A DNA stretch of 64,000 bases from an uncultured Alphaproteobacteria bacterium (GTDB taxonomy: Bacteria; Pseudomonadota; Alphaproteobacteria; Rhizobiales; Beijerinckiaceae): the NCBI GenBank assembly GCA_963730245.1, contig CAVSRA010000004.1:170953-234952 (forward strand). The letters are read 5' to 3'. Below are positions 35,532 through 46,294 of the stretch, piece by piece (within the stretch, counting starts at the first letter, position 1; the number at the start of each line of letters is the position of its first letter). Position numbers and translations under genes: made by a program. The notes under the pieces were generated by a model. That model ran no database searches, had not been told where the DNA came from, and saw only the letters and a list, made by a program, of their open reading frames with translations.

Positions 35532-37246
35532 CTGGCATTCCCCAGATAACCGGGAATGTGCCAAGCGCGTATCATTGATCTCCTGCCGTGACATCGGACA
35601 TTCGTCCTATACCGGCATTATTTTCCGGATCGCCCGCTTATTGAGGTTGAGATTGCCGCGCTGCGGCGCTGCTGTGGTGCTCCGGCACACCAAAACCAGT
35701 GACATGGGCGGATCGCGCACCGGACAATACAGAGTCGGTTGTGATCAAGACGCACTTCTCCCTTAGTTTTTGCTCGACGCATGACGACCGAACACTTCAC
35801 GCAGGCGCTGGATTGGGCGGCGGCCGCAGGTCGGCGATCATTCGTAGGATGTCCGCGAAGAGATTTTTCGGAATGGCGACTTCGGCCATCTGAAACGCGA
35901 CATAGCGGCCATGGCTCACGATCTTCGCGCCGATCTTGATCAGCTTTTCCTTCAGGCTCGTCAGTGACCAATCCTTTATCGGTTCGGGCGTCGCCAGCGT
36001 GCGCAGAAAATTACCGAGATTGTAGGCCAGCGCATGAAGCTGGAGACGGACGGCGTTAGCAGCGAACGACCGACATGATAGCCGGGTCCACTTGATTGCG
36101 CCTTTTCCTTCCTTGATCCATTGCTCACACGTGCCGCGCTTGTTGTAGAAGGCGACGACATTCTCGGCGGAGCGCGCCATGTTCGTCACGATGAAGCCGA
36201 CGCGCGGATAAAGCTCGCCCGGATGCCATTCGACCTTGGCGATCACCCGACGCGGCTGCGACCAGCTTCCCGCTTGATAGGTGAAACTTGCATGGGATCG
36301 GCAGACGTCATTGGACGGGCGACCAACCGGGCGTTTGAGCAGATAGCCGATCCTCTCTTGCAAGATGTGATTGGCGGGCAGACGGATCGCATATTTGATC
36401 CGTTCTGCCTCCAGATATTCGTAAACTTCGGGGTTTGCGAAGCCGGCGTCGGCGCGGAAATAAATGCGTGAGACCTTGCCTTGATACCGCGCCACGACCG
36501 GCTTCAGCACCGCCTCCCATCCATCGGCGCTGTGAACATTGCCGGGGCGCAGGGCGCAGCGTTCCAAATCGCCATATTGGTTGAAAACGAACAGCGGATG
36601 ATAGCAGGTGCAGTCATAGTGACCGTTCCAGACACTGTGTTCCTGTTCGCCATGCGTCGGGCTCACGCTCGAATCCATGTCGAGCAAGATACCTCTCGGC
36701 GGACGGCGACCATGAACGCTGTCGATCCATTTGCCGGAGAGATCAGCGAGCGCCGAAAGGTTCTTTTCCGCCGTGAGCCAGCGCGTCTCAAAGCGGCCCA
36801 TCTGGCTCGGCGAAGCCGCTGCATCCGAGGCCGCCTTTCCGCCGACTATCCACCGCATCGCGGGATCATGGCGCAGGCGTTGAGCGTCGTTCACGTCTTC
36901 ATATCCGGCAAGTCGCCCAAATATGGATTGCCGCAACATCCCGACGAGTGCATGCCGGCCATTCTTGCCAGTGCGTGCGTCGGAGAGCGCATCACCCGCC
37001 ATCGCGCTGAGGCACAGCGCGTCGTCCAGTTCCCGGTATGCGAGCAAGCCTGCGTCGGAGGTAACCACCGATCCGCGAAAGTGAAGCAACAATCGGCGGT
37101 CGAAATCGAGCCTGAGAGCGCCATCATACGATTCACCCGCCGGGTTCGCCATGACGGCCTCATTCGATCCGAAATAACATGCTGATTATGTTAGCTAAAT
37201 CGCGGCATCGACGCTGCAAATTATTGCCTCATCCGGCGTATGCGGG
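35532..37246 (-). mobile_element. IS1380 copy 5 (complete)
   Basis: Transposase 35797..37152; TSD TTAAA. Confidence 0.95.
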
Positions 37247-37953
37247 TTAAAGGTAAATTTTCTTGGCGTTTATGGCTGAGAGATTTTCGTAGTTTACTGC
37301 TGTTCCAGGAGGCTTTCAGCTGGATCACCGAGAACAGTCCGACGGTTGGGGGACATATCGAAAATCTCGGTGTGTATTCGCTCATGAAGCGCCGCTGCAA
37401 GGTCATCATAGCCATCGACGCGGACGCCGATCCAACTATGAGCTTTGGCTCTCTGATGATCCTCGAGCGCTATGCCCGCATTGATCTCGGCGCAACCATC
37501 GATTTGCCCTGGCAGGCGATCCGGGATTGCACTGTCGGAGTAGACAAGGCCTTCGAGAAGGCCGATGCGGATGGCTCCGCCATTTCCAGTACGCCCGGGC
37601 CGCATTGCGCCGCCGGCGAGATTCGATATGGGAAAAACAAAGATGAAAAGGGCATCCTGCTGTACGTCAAGGCATCGTTGAGCGGCGATGAGCATGACTT
37701 TATTTTGGACTACAAGCGCCGCTATCGCGCTTTTCCTCATGAGACAACGAGCGACCAATTTTTTGGTGAGGAACAATTGGAAGCCTATCGTGCCCTGGGC
37801 TTCCATATCATGAGCGGTCTGCTGACAGGGAAAAAGCCGTTCGCGGTGAAGCCAGACCCAAAGGAGCCGGACGATAAGAAACAGGAGCAAATCCTAGGAA
37901 CCGTCCGCGCCGCCCTTGGCACTTTGGTGCAACCATCTGACTCTGGCATTAAA

Positions 37954-39383
37954 CCCGCATACGCCGGATGAGGCAATAATTTGCAGCGTCGATGCCGCAA
38001 TTCAGCTAACATAATCAGCATGTTATTTCGGATCGAATGAGGCCGTCATGGCGAACCCGGCGGGTAAATCGTATGATGGCGCTCTCAGGCTCGATTTCGA
38101 CCGCCGATTGTTGCTTCACTTTCGCGGATCGGTGGTTACCTCCGACGCAGGCTTGCTCGCATACCGGGAACTGGACGACGCGCTGTGCCTCAGCGCGATG
38201 GCGGGTGATGCGCTCTCCGACGCACGCACTGGCAAGAATGGCCGGCATGCACTCGTCGGGATGTTGCGGCAATCCATATTTGGGCGACTTGCCGGATATG
38301 AAGACGTGAACGACGCTCAACGCCTGCGCCATGATCCCGCGATGCGGTGGATAGTCGGCGGAAAGGCGGCCTCGGATGCAGCGGCTTCGCCGAGCCAGAT
38401 GGGCCGCTTTGAGACGCGCTGGCTCACGGCGGAAAAGAACCTTTCGGCGCTCGCTGATCTCTCCGGCAAATGGATCGACAGCGTTCATGGTCGCCGTCCG
38501 CCGAGAGGTATCTTGCTCGACATGGATTCGAGCGTGAGCCCGACGCATGGCGAACAGGAACACAGTGTCTGGAACGGTCACTATGACTGCACCTGCTATC
38601 ATCCGCTGTTCGTTTTCAACCAATATGGCGATTTGGAACGCTGCGCCCTGCGCCCCGGCAATGTTCACAGCGCCGATGGATGGGAGGCGGTGCTGAAGCC
38701 GGTCGTGGCGCGGTATCAAGGCAAGGTCTCACGCATTTATTTCCGCGCCGACGCCGGCTTCGCAAACCCCGAAGTTTACGAATATCTGGAGGCAGAACGG
38801 ATCAAATATGCGATCCGTCTGCCCGCCAATCACATCTTGCAAGAGAGGATCGGCTATCTGCTCAAACGCCCGGTTGGTCGCCCGTCCAATGACGTCTGCC
38901 GATCCCATGCAAGTTTCACCTATCAAGCGGGAAGCTGGTCGCAGCCGCGCCGGGTGATCGCCAAGGTCGAATGGCATCCGGGCGAGCTTTATCCGCGCGT
39001 CGGCTTCATCGTGACGAACATGGCGCGCTCCGCCGAGAATGTCGTCGCCTTCTACAACAAGCGCGGCACGTGTGAGCAATGGATCAAGGAAGGAAAAGGC
39101 GCAATCAAGTGGACCCGGCTATCATGTCGGTCGTTCGCTGCTAACGCCGTCCGTCTCCAGCTTCATGCGCTGGCCTACAATCTCGGTAATTTTCTGCGCA
39201 CGCTGGCGACGCCCGAACCGATAAAGGATTGGTCACTGACGAGCCTGAAGGAAAAGCTGATCAAGATCGGCGCGAAGATCGTGAGCCATGGCCGCTATGT
39301 CGCGTTTCAGATGGCCGAAGTCGCCATTCCGAAAAATCTCTTCGCGGACATCCTACGAATGATCGCCGACCTGCGGCCGCCGC
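37954..39383 (+). mobile_element. IS1380 copy 6, right end missing
   Basis: Identity stops after DLRPP; no right IR. Confidence 0.92.
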
Positions 39384-39412
39384 AGAAATGTCACTGTTGG
39401 GTATCCCATTTC

Positions 39413-39655
39413 TTATAACTGCTGCACGATGACCGTCAATGGGGCCGGTGCGGTCGCGATCGGCTTGCCCACCAAGTATTGCGCCAGCCAAGCGCGTGCC
39501 GTGGCGTCGCCGGCCTTCGCCGCTGCCACCGTCGCGCCCACGACGTCGCGCCACTCTTCCAGCGGCACGGCATCCAGCAGCACGCCCATGTAGTCGGCTT
39601 CGGTGCGTCGATGGGTGAAGGTGCCTTTGATGTAACTCTGTTTCTTGCGCGCCAT
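39413..39655 (-). pseudogene. Hypothetical protein fragment
   Basis: MARKKQSYIKG...ARAWLAQYLVGKP with its own GAGG RBS; truncated near IS copy 6. Confidence 0.4.
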
Positions 39656-39719
39656 GCTCTTACCCTCAGTGCAACCGATAGCGTTTTGACACCAGCGTCC
39701 AGGCTTTGCGCTCGGCGTC

Positions 39720-40330
39720 GTCGCCGACAAGCTTAGTAGGTCGACCTCGAAAAGATTGACGTCGATCTTCAATCCGGTTGCCGCCTGCGTGGCGTCGCTA
39801 TGCAGGACCGCGCCGGCGTTTCGGCATATGTCGGCGATCTGCTTCAACGGCTGTATCGAGCCGATTTCGTTGCTGACCAACATCACCGATACGAATGCGG
39901 TGTTTTCGTCGATAAGGTCATTAAGAGCTTCAATATCGATATGCCCGGACGGATGCACGGGCGCATGAACAACTTCGTATCCAATGCGCGAGAGCTGACG
40001 CGATGACTCAAGAACGCATTTGTGTTCGATCGCGCTGATAATGACACGGGTGCGTGTCATTTCTGCGCAGTTGAGAAATCCGAGAATGGCGAGATTATTC
40101 GCTTCCGTCGCGCCTGAGGTGAAGACGATTTCGTCGGTGTCGGCCCCGATCAGGTCAGCAATATTCTGCCGCGCCTCCTGAACCGCTTCATCGGCTCGCC
40201 ACCCGAAGGCATGGTCGGACGAGTGTGGATTGCCGAATTCTGTATACCAAAACGGTGACATTGCCTCGACCACGCGTGGGTCTGTCGGCGTCGTCGCCTG
40301 ATGATCGAGATAGATCGACCCTGTCGTCAT
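39720..40330 (-). pseudogene. Cysteine desulfurase (IscS/DndA/SspA-like), 3' truncated before the PLP lysine
   Basis: IYLDHQATTP, FGNPHS, FTSGATEANN, IEHKCV, NEIGSIQP, HSDATQA, DLLSLSA then breaks (HK lost). Confidence 0.85.
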
Positions 40331-40528
40331 CGATTTTGGTCTTTCTTCGATCCGGGCCCACGGCCCACTGGCGATATCCGCCAGTCGTTGACGTACGAAT
40401 AAAGAACGCCAATGAGGCGCCACAAAAACTCCGGAAAAGCCTCGAAATTGTAGCACGGGTGCGTGAATGCACGGAGAAGCCCGCCCGGTGGTTTCGTTAA
40501 GTCCTGACTGGCATGAGGCCGCAGACCG

Positions 40529-40900
40529 ATGCGCTTTGTCCTTAGGGTTCTCTACGATGCCATCATGCGCTTTTCTGAAGATGACGGTTGGGCCATTGCG
40601 AGTCACATCGCTCTATCGATCCTGACTTCGCTGTTCCCGTTCCTGATCTTTGTGACCGCGCTCCCCGATGAAGTGGCACACATTCTATTGCAGACCTGGC
40701 CGCAGCAGGTAGCGGCACCCATAGCGAACGAGATCCACAATGTGTTGACGCAAACACGGAGTGGTCCCCCCACAATAGGTGTCATTCTGGCGATCTACTT
40801 TTCGTCGAGTGGTGTCGGAGCAGTCCGGATCGGGCTCAACCGCGCCTACAACGTCCGCAACTCCCGGCCGTGGTGGTTGTTGCGGCTTAAATCCATAACG
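40529..40900 (+). pseudogene. YihY/BrkB membrane protein fragment
   Basis: FSEDDGWAIASHIALSILTSLFPFLIF...GLNRAYNV. Confidence 0.75.
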
Positions 40901-40909
40901 TGATCCCAT

Positions 40910-41050
40910 ATTACCCCGGCCCCTGCCTGACGTGGAGCTTCGACGCCGGCCTGTTTCTGCAGGTAGCCGATGATGCCGAAGAGGTTGCGGGCTTGCGGAT
41001 TGCCGCGCGGGCCGAACATGCGTCAGCTCCTTGAAGCTCCCCGTCAATGC
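40910..41050 (-). pseudogene. Addiction-module antidote/HTH protein C-terminal fragment
   Basis: MFGPRGNPQARNLFGIIGYLQKQAGVELHV. Confidence 0.5.
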
Positions 41051-41153
41051 CATCTCTTGTCTCCGTTCATCATCATCGCGCCCTTCCGCGACGACCTCAA
41101 GTCCCCGTAGCCACCCCTACCCCAGCAACGGCAGCCAGCAAGAGGCGGCGGGG

Positions 41154-41681
41154 TTATGGGGGCTTTCCTTCCGCCCGATCGAGCCCTGCCGTGATGCGAA
41201 TGTCTTTGATCAACTTAAACAGGTGGCGGCTATCGGTAACAGACGGAATAAATCCAAAGTGCAGGTAGAACGATGCAGCGGAATCGTCTTTTGCATGGAC
41301 AGCAAGAGCGCGCGCTCCGGCGATATCGGCAGCTTGCAGCGTGCGGCCCAAGGCATCGAGGAGCAGCCCTGCCCCCAGGCCCCGGCCTTGCCAGTCGCTG
41401 TGCACGGCGAGCCGCGCCAGAACGAGAAGCGGTATCGGATGACGCGGCATCCCTTTGACAACGCGCTCCGGGGCGTCAGCATGCTGAATTTGACCCACAA
41501 CGAGCGTGTAGAATCCGACAATCGTCTTGTCGCTTACACCGACGTAAGTTTGGGATGAATTCGCTTGCTGCGCTTGCAGCGCGTGGCGAATAAGAAAGCG
41601 GTCGAGTTCCGCTTGACCGCAGGTGAATTCTTCTACCGCATGAATCCGTTGCAACTTTTCGACGCGCAGCGAATTCGTCAC
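41154..41681 (-). CDS. GNAT acetyltransferase toxin (TacT/AtaT-like)
   Basis: FTCGQAELDRFL, LARLAVHSDWQGRGLG, FYLHFGF; overlaps antitoxin stop. Confidence 0.9.
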   Translation of the reverse strand: MTNSLRVEKLQRIHAVEEFTCGQAELDRFLIRHALQAQQANSSQTYVGVSDKTIVGFYTLVVGQIQHADAPERVVKGMPRHPIPLLVLARLAVHSDWQGRGLGAGLLLDALGRTLQAADIAGARALAVHAKDDSAASFYLHFGFIPSVTDSRHLFKLIKDIRITAGLDRAEGKPP

Positions 41682-41962
41682 GGCTTGGGGTCAAAGACGG
41701 ACGGTTCGCGGAATAGCCGTTCGAGGCGCGGATGACGGCGCGGCGGCGCGTCGAGAGCGGCGACAAAAGCTTCCCAACGCTTCGCGTCGAGCGTGAAGAT
41801 GCGCCGGTCAGCCAGCCGCTCTTCGGCTTCGCTGAGCGCGGTTTCGAGCACGAACTCGCTCACGGATTTGCGCGCCGCCGTTGCCGCAGCTTGCAAGGTC
41901 TGCTTGGCGGACTTGCTGAGCCGCAAGTCGAGCTTTTCGGTTCTATTCGTAGGCTGAGCCAT
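41678..41962 (-). CDS. DUF1778 RHH antitoxin (TacA/AtaR-like)
   Basis: EKLDLRL...SVSEFVL...WEAFVAALDAPP. Confidence 0.9.
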   Translation of the reverse strand: MAQPTNRTEKLDLRLSKSAKQTLQAAATAARKSVSEFVLETALSEAEERLADRRIFTLDAKRWEAFVAALDAPPRRHPRLERLFREPSVFDPKP

Positions 41963-42723
41963 ATTCACATCTTACGCGTCTTGCCTGACAATGTCAAGAC
42001 AGACATTATAACCGGCTGATTTATTGTGACTTATTATGGCCGCCACAGATCATAGCCTCGCAGGCGGCCTCTCATGTGGGGACGCTGACCGGTCCCGCTT
42101 GCGATCAACGCAGCTCGCTTCCGCGCGTCCCTGAAGGTCCGCTTGTGCAGCTCCGGCCCGCCGAGGCGGCGCGCCTTGCGGCGCGGCGTTTGACCGCTCG
42201 GCACACAGGTCTCAGGCCCCTTTTGCCCCACGAGGCCGCAATCGCGCGGCCTGCGGTGGTGGAACTCTATCCGTCGCCATGGAGCTGTAACTTTCGAGCG
42301 CGAGGAACGCAGAGGCGATTAGCACGACCCCACAGCGTCGCGGCCTAGCTTTCGCGCACCGTCCGAAGCGGCAGCCTTGCGGCCTCTCTCAAGACCAACC
42401 TGACGCCGCCAGAGTGCGCCCTGGCTCAGGTTGAAGGAAGGATTTTGGGGGTGCGTAATTTCTCGGCCGCTCTCGCTCGCTTGTTGCGATGGCGTTGCGA
42501 CAGGGCATCCCCCGGCTTCCCTTGCATTGTGCCAAACATAGCATGGGAAATTGGGCACACATCGGCGTGCCGGCATTCGCCTTTTGAGGCCTCTTGGCAT
42601 GACGCACCAAAAAATAACGAAGCCCCGGCAAATGACCGGGGCTGTGTCGCGGATGCGAGCCATGTCTCCTGAATGCCGCACGCTGTAGAGCTGCACCACA
42701 TCGCGACATCCACTATACCTAAT

Positions 42724-43630
42724 CCCGCATACGCCGGATGAGGCAATAATTTGCAGCGTCGATGCCGCGATTCAGCTAACATAATCAGCATGTTATTTCG
42801 GATCGAATGAGGCCGTCATGGCGAACCCGGCGGGTGAATCGTATGATGGCGCTCTCAGGCTCGATTTCGACCGCCGATTGTTGCTTCACTTTCGCGGATC
42901 GGTGGTTACCTCCGACGCAGGCTTGCTCGCATACCGGGAACTGGACGACGCGCTGTGCCTCAGCGCGATGGCGGGTGATGCGCTCTCCGACGCACGCACT
43001 GGCAAGAATGGCCGGCATGCACTCGTCGGGATGTTGCGGCAATCCATATTTGGGCGACTTGCCGGATATGAAGACGTGAACGACGCTCAACGCCTGCGCC
43101 ATGATCCCGCGATGCGGTGGATAGTCGGCGGAAAGGCGGCCTCGGATGCAGCGGCTTCGCCGAGCCAGATGGGCCGCTTTGAGACGCGCTGGCTCACGGC
43201 GGAAAAGAACCTTTCGGCGCTCGCTGATCTCTCCGGCAAATGGATCGACAGCGTTCATGGTCGCCGTCCGCCGAGAGGTATCTTGCTCGACATGGATTCG
43301 AGCGTGAGCCCGACGCATGGCGAACAGGAACACAGTGTCTGGAACGGTCACTATGACTGCACCTGCTATCATCCGCTGTTCGTTTTCAACCAATATGGCG
43401 ATTTGGAACGCTGCGCCCTGCGCCCCGGCAATGTTCACAGCGCCGATGGATGGGAGGCGGTGCTGAAGCCGGTCGTGGCGCGGTATCAAGGCAAGGTCTC
43501 ACGCATTTATTTCCGCGCCGACGCCGGCTTCGCAAACCCCGAAGTTTACGAATATCTGGAGGCAGAACGGATCAAATATGCGATCCGTCTGCCCGCCAAT
43601 CACATCTTGCAAGAGAGGATCGGCTATCTG
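42724..43630 (+). mobile_element. IS1380 copy 7, 3' half missing
   Basis: Identity stops after ERIGYL. Confidence 0.92.
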
Positions 43631-44726
43631 TCGGATAGGTGTCTTCTGCGGCCTTGAGGGCAACATTGGCCGCCGGGCGGTCACCCCGCAACAAGCGCCA
43701 TTCGCCGACATAGAACTGTGCTTCGCAACGATCGTCGGGTTTGGTCGCAGCGGCAAGAGTTGTTTCGGGCGTCAAGCGGCCAAGGAATAATTCGACAAGT
43801 GGATAGGGCCAGTTCGTTTGTTTGAGTTTCTTCGCATTGGTCTCGAGTTCTGCGGCAGCGGTCTGGTCTCCTAAACGCGTGCGTGCAAGGTAGAGGCACA
43901 GCACCGCATAAGCAGAATCGGGATTGAGCATGATCGCCGTATTGTAATCAGCGATAGCTCTGTCGTAGTCCTGCAGGGCGGCATACACTCGGCCGCGGAC
44001 ATAAAAGGCAGTGGCCCGCGCAGAATCGAGCGTGATCGCCTCGCTTAAGTCGTTGAGGGACATTTTATAGTCCCCCATGGCAGCGTGCGCGAGGCCGCAA
44101 TTCAACCAGGCAGAGTAGCCAGAGGGATAAAGTTCGATCGCTCGGTCGAAGTCCTTGAGGGCGCGGAGATTGTCCCCCTTGGCAGCGTATGCGAGGCCGG
44201 GATTGACGTAGGCAGATGCGGCATTGGGATCGAGCCGGATCGCACGGCTGGCTTCCGCGATGGCGCGATCGTAGTCCTTCAATCCTCGGGATGGCGGCAA
44301 TGACGGCCCCTGCCCCGGCGTTCTCTGCTTTAAATATGTATGAATACGCTCTACCTGATCTTTATCCGATAGAAGACCGGAATCTGCGAGGAACGCCAGG
44401 TTCGCGGCAGCTTTGTCCGGATCTGCTGTCTTGATCATCTCTAGCACCAACAATGCCTCGGACTTGCTCCTCTCAAGCTCGCGCGTCTCTCTCGCACGCT
44501 CGGTGTCGGAGGCCCGCTGTAATGAGCCGTTGACAAAGGCAAGAACGATATTGCCCAGACCCGCGAAGGCGACAGTGAATATCGCGATGACGAGCGGGTT
44601 GGCCCAACGAGACCGATCTTGCTCGACCTTCTTGAGGGCAGTCTCTCCCTGCCACTGCTCTCGTTCGAAATTGAAGCGCTCTCGATCCAGATCGAGGCGC
44701 TTCTGTTCAACATCTTGATCCGGCAT
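43631..44726 (-). pseudogene. Membrane-anchored TPR protein with NlpI-like C-terminus, extreme 3' end lost at IS junction
   Basis: TM segment; DYDRAIADYNTAI repeats; WPYPLVELFLG, CEAQFYVGEW. Confidence 0.7.
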
Positions 44727-45021
44727 CTTGCCTTCAGTTTTTGGACAAATTAGAGCCTACTTCGATCTAGGGCCTAAGGTAATGGGATCAGGTGTTGGAA
44801 TCGATAGTGATTATCAGCGATGGCCGTTGTCAATCGGGCAACCGCCAAATGACAGTTGCATTTACTCCTGGCAAACATCTGCGAGATACCCATGATATTG
44901 GCTCGCTCCCGCCATGTTGCGCAGATCAAGACTTTTGGCGTTCTCTTTCACCCTTGATTTCCAAGCGCTTTTTCGGTGCATAAATCAGGTGCAAAATGCC
45001 GCCCCTGAATGGCGTGGCCGC

Positions 45022-45579
45022 TCAGAGCTCGACGTCGCGCACAGGCGCGCGAACGCCGCGCGGCAAGATCATCTCGCCTTCGAAAACTCGCTGCAGGTCG
45101 ATCATGCGCACCAACATGGCGCGGCGGGGGTCGAAGGGCAGGTCTTCAAATCCCCATCGCGCGTAGAAGCCCCGCACATTGTCATCAAGCGGATGCGTGA
45201 CGACGCCCATGCTGCCAATGCTTTCGGCGGCATTCAATGCCGTCTTGAGCGCGAACAGGAGGAGGGACACGGCGTGCCCTTGTCCCTGATAGTCCTTGTC
45301 CACCGCGAGTTGACCGAGCAGCGTGACGGGCAGGGGATCGGGGCGGTTGCGTTGTTTCGGCTTGGGAAGAAATGCGCGCTCGATTTGCGCGGCGCTTAGG
45401 GTGACGTAGCCGACGATCCGTCCCGATGTGGCGTCGGTGACGACGGTGACGCGCGAAGCCCCGCTTGCCTGATTGGCCCAGGCGTGGCGGCGGAACCAGA
45501 GGTTGAGCGTCTCGCGCCCGCAATCGAAGAGATTCCGGTCATCGCTCTCGGCGAGCGGACGTGGCGGCGTTACCGCCAC
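45022..45579 (-). CDS. GNAT acetyltransferase toxin
   Basis: FDCGRETLNLW, LLGQLAVDKDYQGQG, FYARWGF. Confidence 0.88.
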   Translation of the reverse strand: MAVTPPRPLAESDDRNLFDCGRETLNLWFRRHAWANQASGASRVTVVTDATSGRIVGYVTLSAAQIERAFLPKPKQRNRPDPLPVTLLGQLAVDKDYQGQGHAVSLLLFALKTALNAAESIGSMGVVTHPLDDNVRGFYARWGFEDLPFDPRRAMLVRMIDLQRVFEGEMILPRGVRAPVRDVEL

Positions 45580-45582
45580 CCG

Positions 45583-45861
45583 TCACCTTTCCCAAGACGG
45601 GGTTCGGCGCGCGAGTTCGGCGAGCGCGGGGGTCGCTTCGGCGGGGCGCTTGACCCAAGCTTCGAACGCCTCCCAGTCTTTGGCCGGAATCGTGACGATG
45701 GTTCGGTTGAGCACATCGGCCTCGGCGAACTCAAGAGCCTTGCGGCGCATGAAGTCGCTGAGATTGGTGTGCGCCAGTTCCGCCGCCGCTTCAAGGATGG
45801 CGCGCTCGTCGGGATTGACCCGGACGCTCACAACCGAGGTGGTGTTGGAGGAGTTTGTCAT
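45583..45861 (-). CDS. DUF1778 RHH antitoxin
   Basis: VVSVRVNPDERAILEAAA...LSDFMRRKAL...WEAFEAW. Confidence 0.88.
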   Translation of the reverse strand: MTNSSNTTSVVSVRVNPDERAILEAAAELAHTNLSDFMRRKALEFAEADVLNRTIVTIPAKDWEAFEAWVKRPAEATPALAELARRTPSWER

Positions 45862-45917
45862 GTGTATGACAGTAGCACACAGTCGGGCAATTTGCAACCC
45901 TTGCCAAGCTCCCGTCT

Positions 45918-45945
45918 ATATGTGATAATAACCTTTATCATACAC
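45918..45945. promoter_or_regulatory. dif-like 11-6-11 tyrosine recombinase site
   Basis: ATATGTGATAA-TAACCT-TTATCATACAC imperfect palindrome upstream of the recombinase. Confidence 0.6.
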
Positions 45946-45961
45946 GGTTCTGCAGAGGGGT

Positions 45962-46294
45962 ATGATGGATCAATCGGCGTTTCTGGCGCAGTTGGCCGAG
46001 CTTTCTTTTCTGAGCCATTCACATCCGGACGAACCAGCACTGCGCGAGGTATGGGCGATGAGTGTCGCTGATATCCCTCTAGAAGAAATCGATGCAGAGG
46101 CGCGCAAGGATCCGGTTCCCAAAGAGCCTCGCGCAGAGGAGTTGCCTCAGACGATCCTCTATGAGGAGGATAACGAGCAGGCGAAGAAGATGAGGAGCGA
46201 TCTGCTAACGCTCAAGCCGGGGCTCTGGGGTGTGAGCATTGATCTCAAAGAGCTTTGGCTGCGCGTTCGGCACTGGTGGAACAACCGGCGATGA
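45962..46294 (+). CDS. Hypothetical protein coupled to the recombinase
   Basis: Stop overlaps the recombinase ATG (ATGA). Confidence 0.5.
   Translation: MMDQSAFLAQLAELSFLSHSHPDEPALREVWAMSVADIPLEEIDAEARKDPVPKEPRAEELPQTILYEEDNEQAKKMRSDLLTLKPGLWGVSIDLKELWLRVRHWWNNRR

Larger units (their letters stand above)
31960..37953 (+). pseudogene. Patatin/cPLA2-like phospholipase with membrane segments, split by two IS1380 copies and frameshifted
   Basis: GLAISGGGIRSASF, DYLLTVSGGGY, LYRDRLSKAFL, YPIINASLN, AMAISAAAVS, RLGYWLRNP, GGHIENLG (Asp of DGG missing), FPHETTSDQFF. Confidence 0.8.

Noticed and set aside
39413-40606. 397-aa ORF as a novel cysteine desulfurase fusion
   Set aside because: Chance in-frame join of a truncated desulfurase (PLP lysine lost) to an unrelated fragment.
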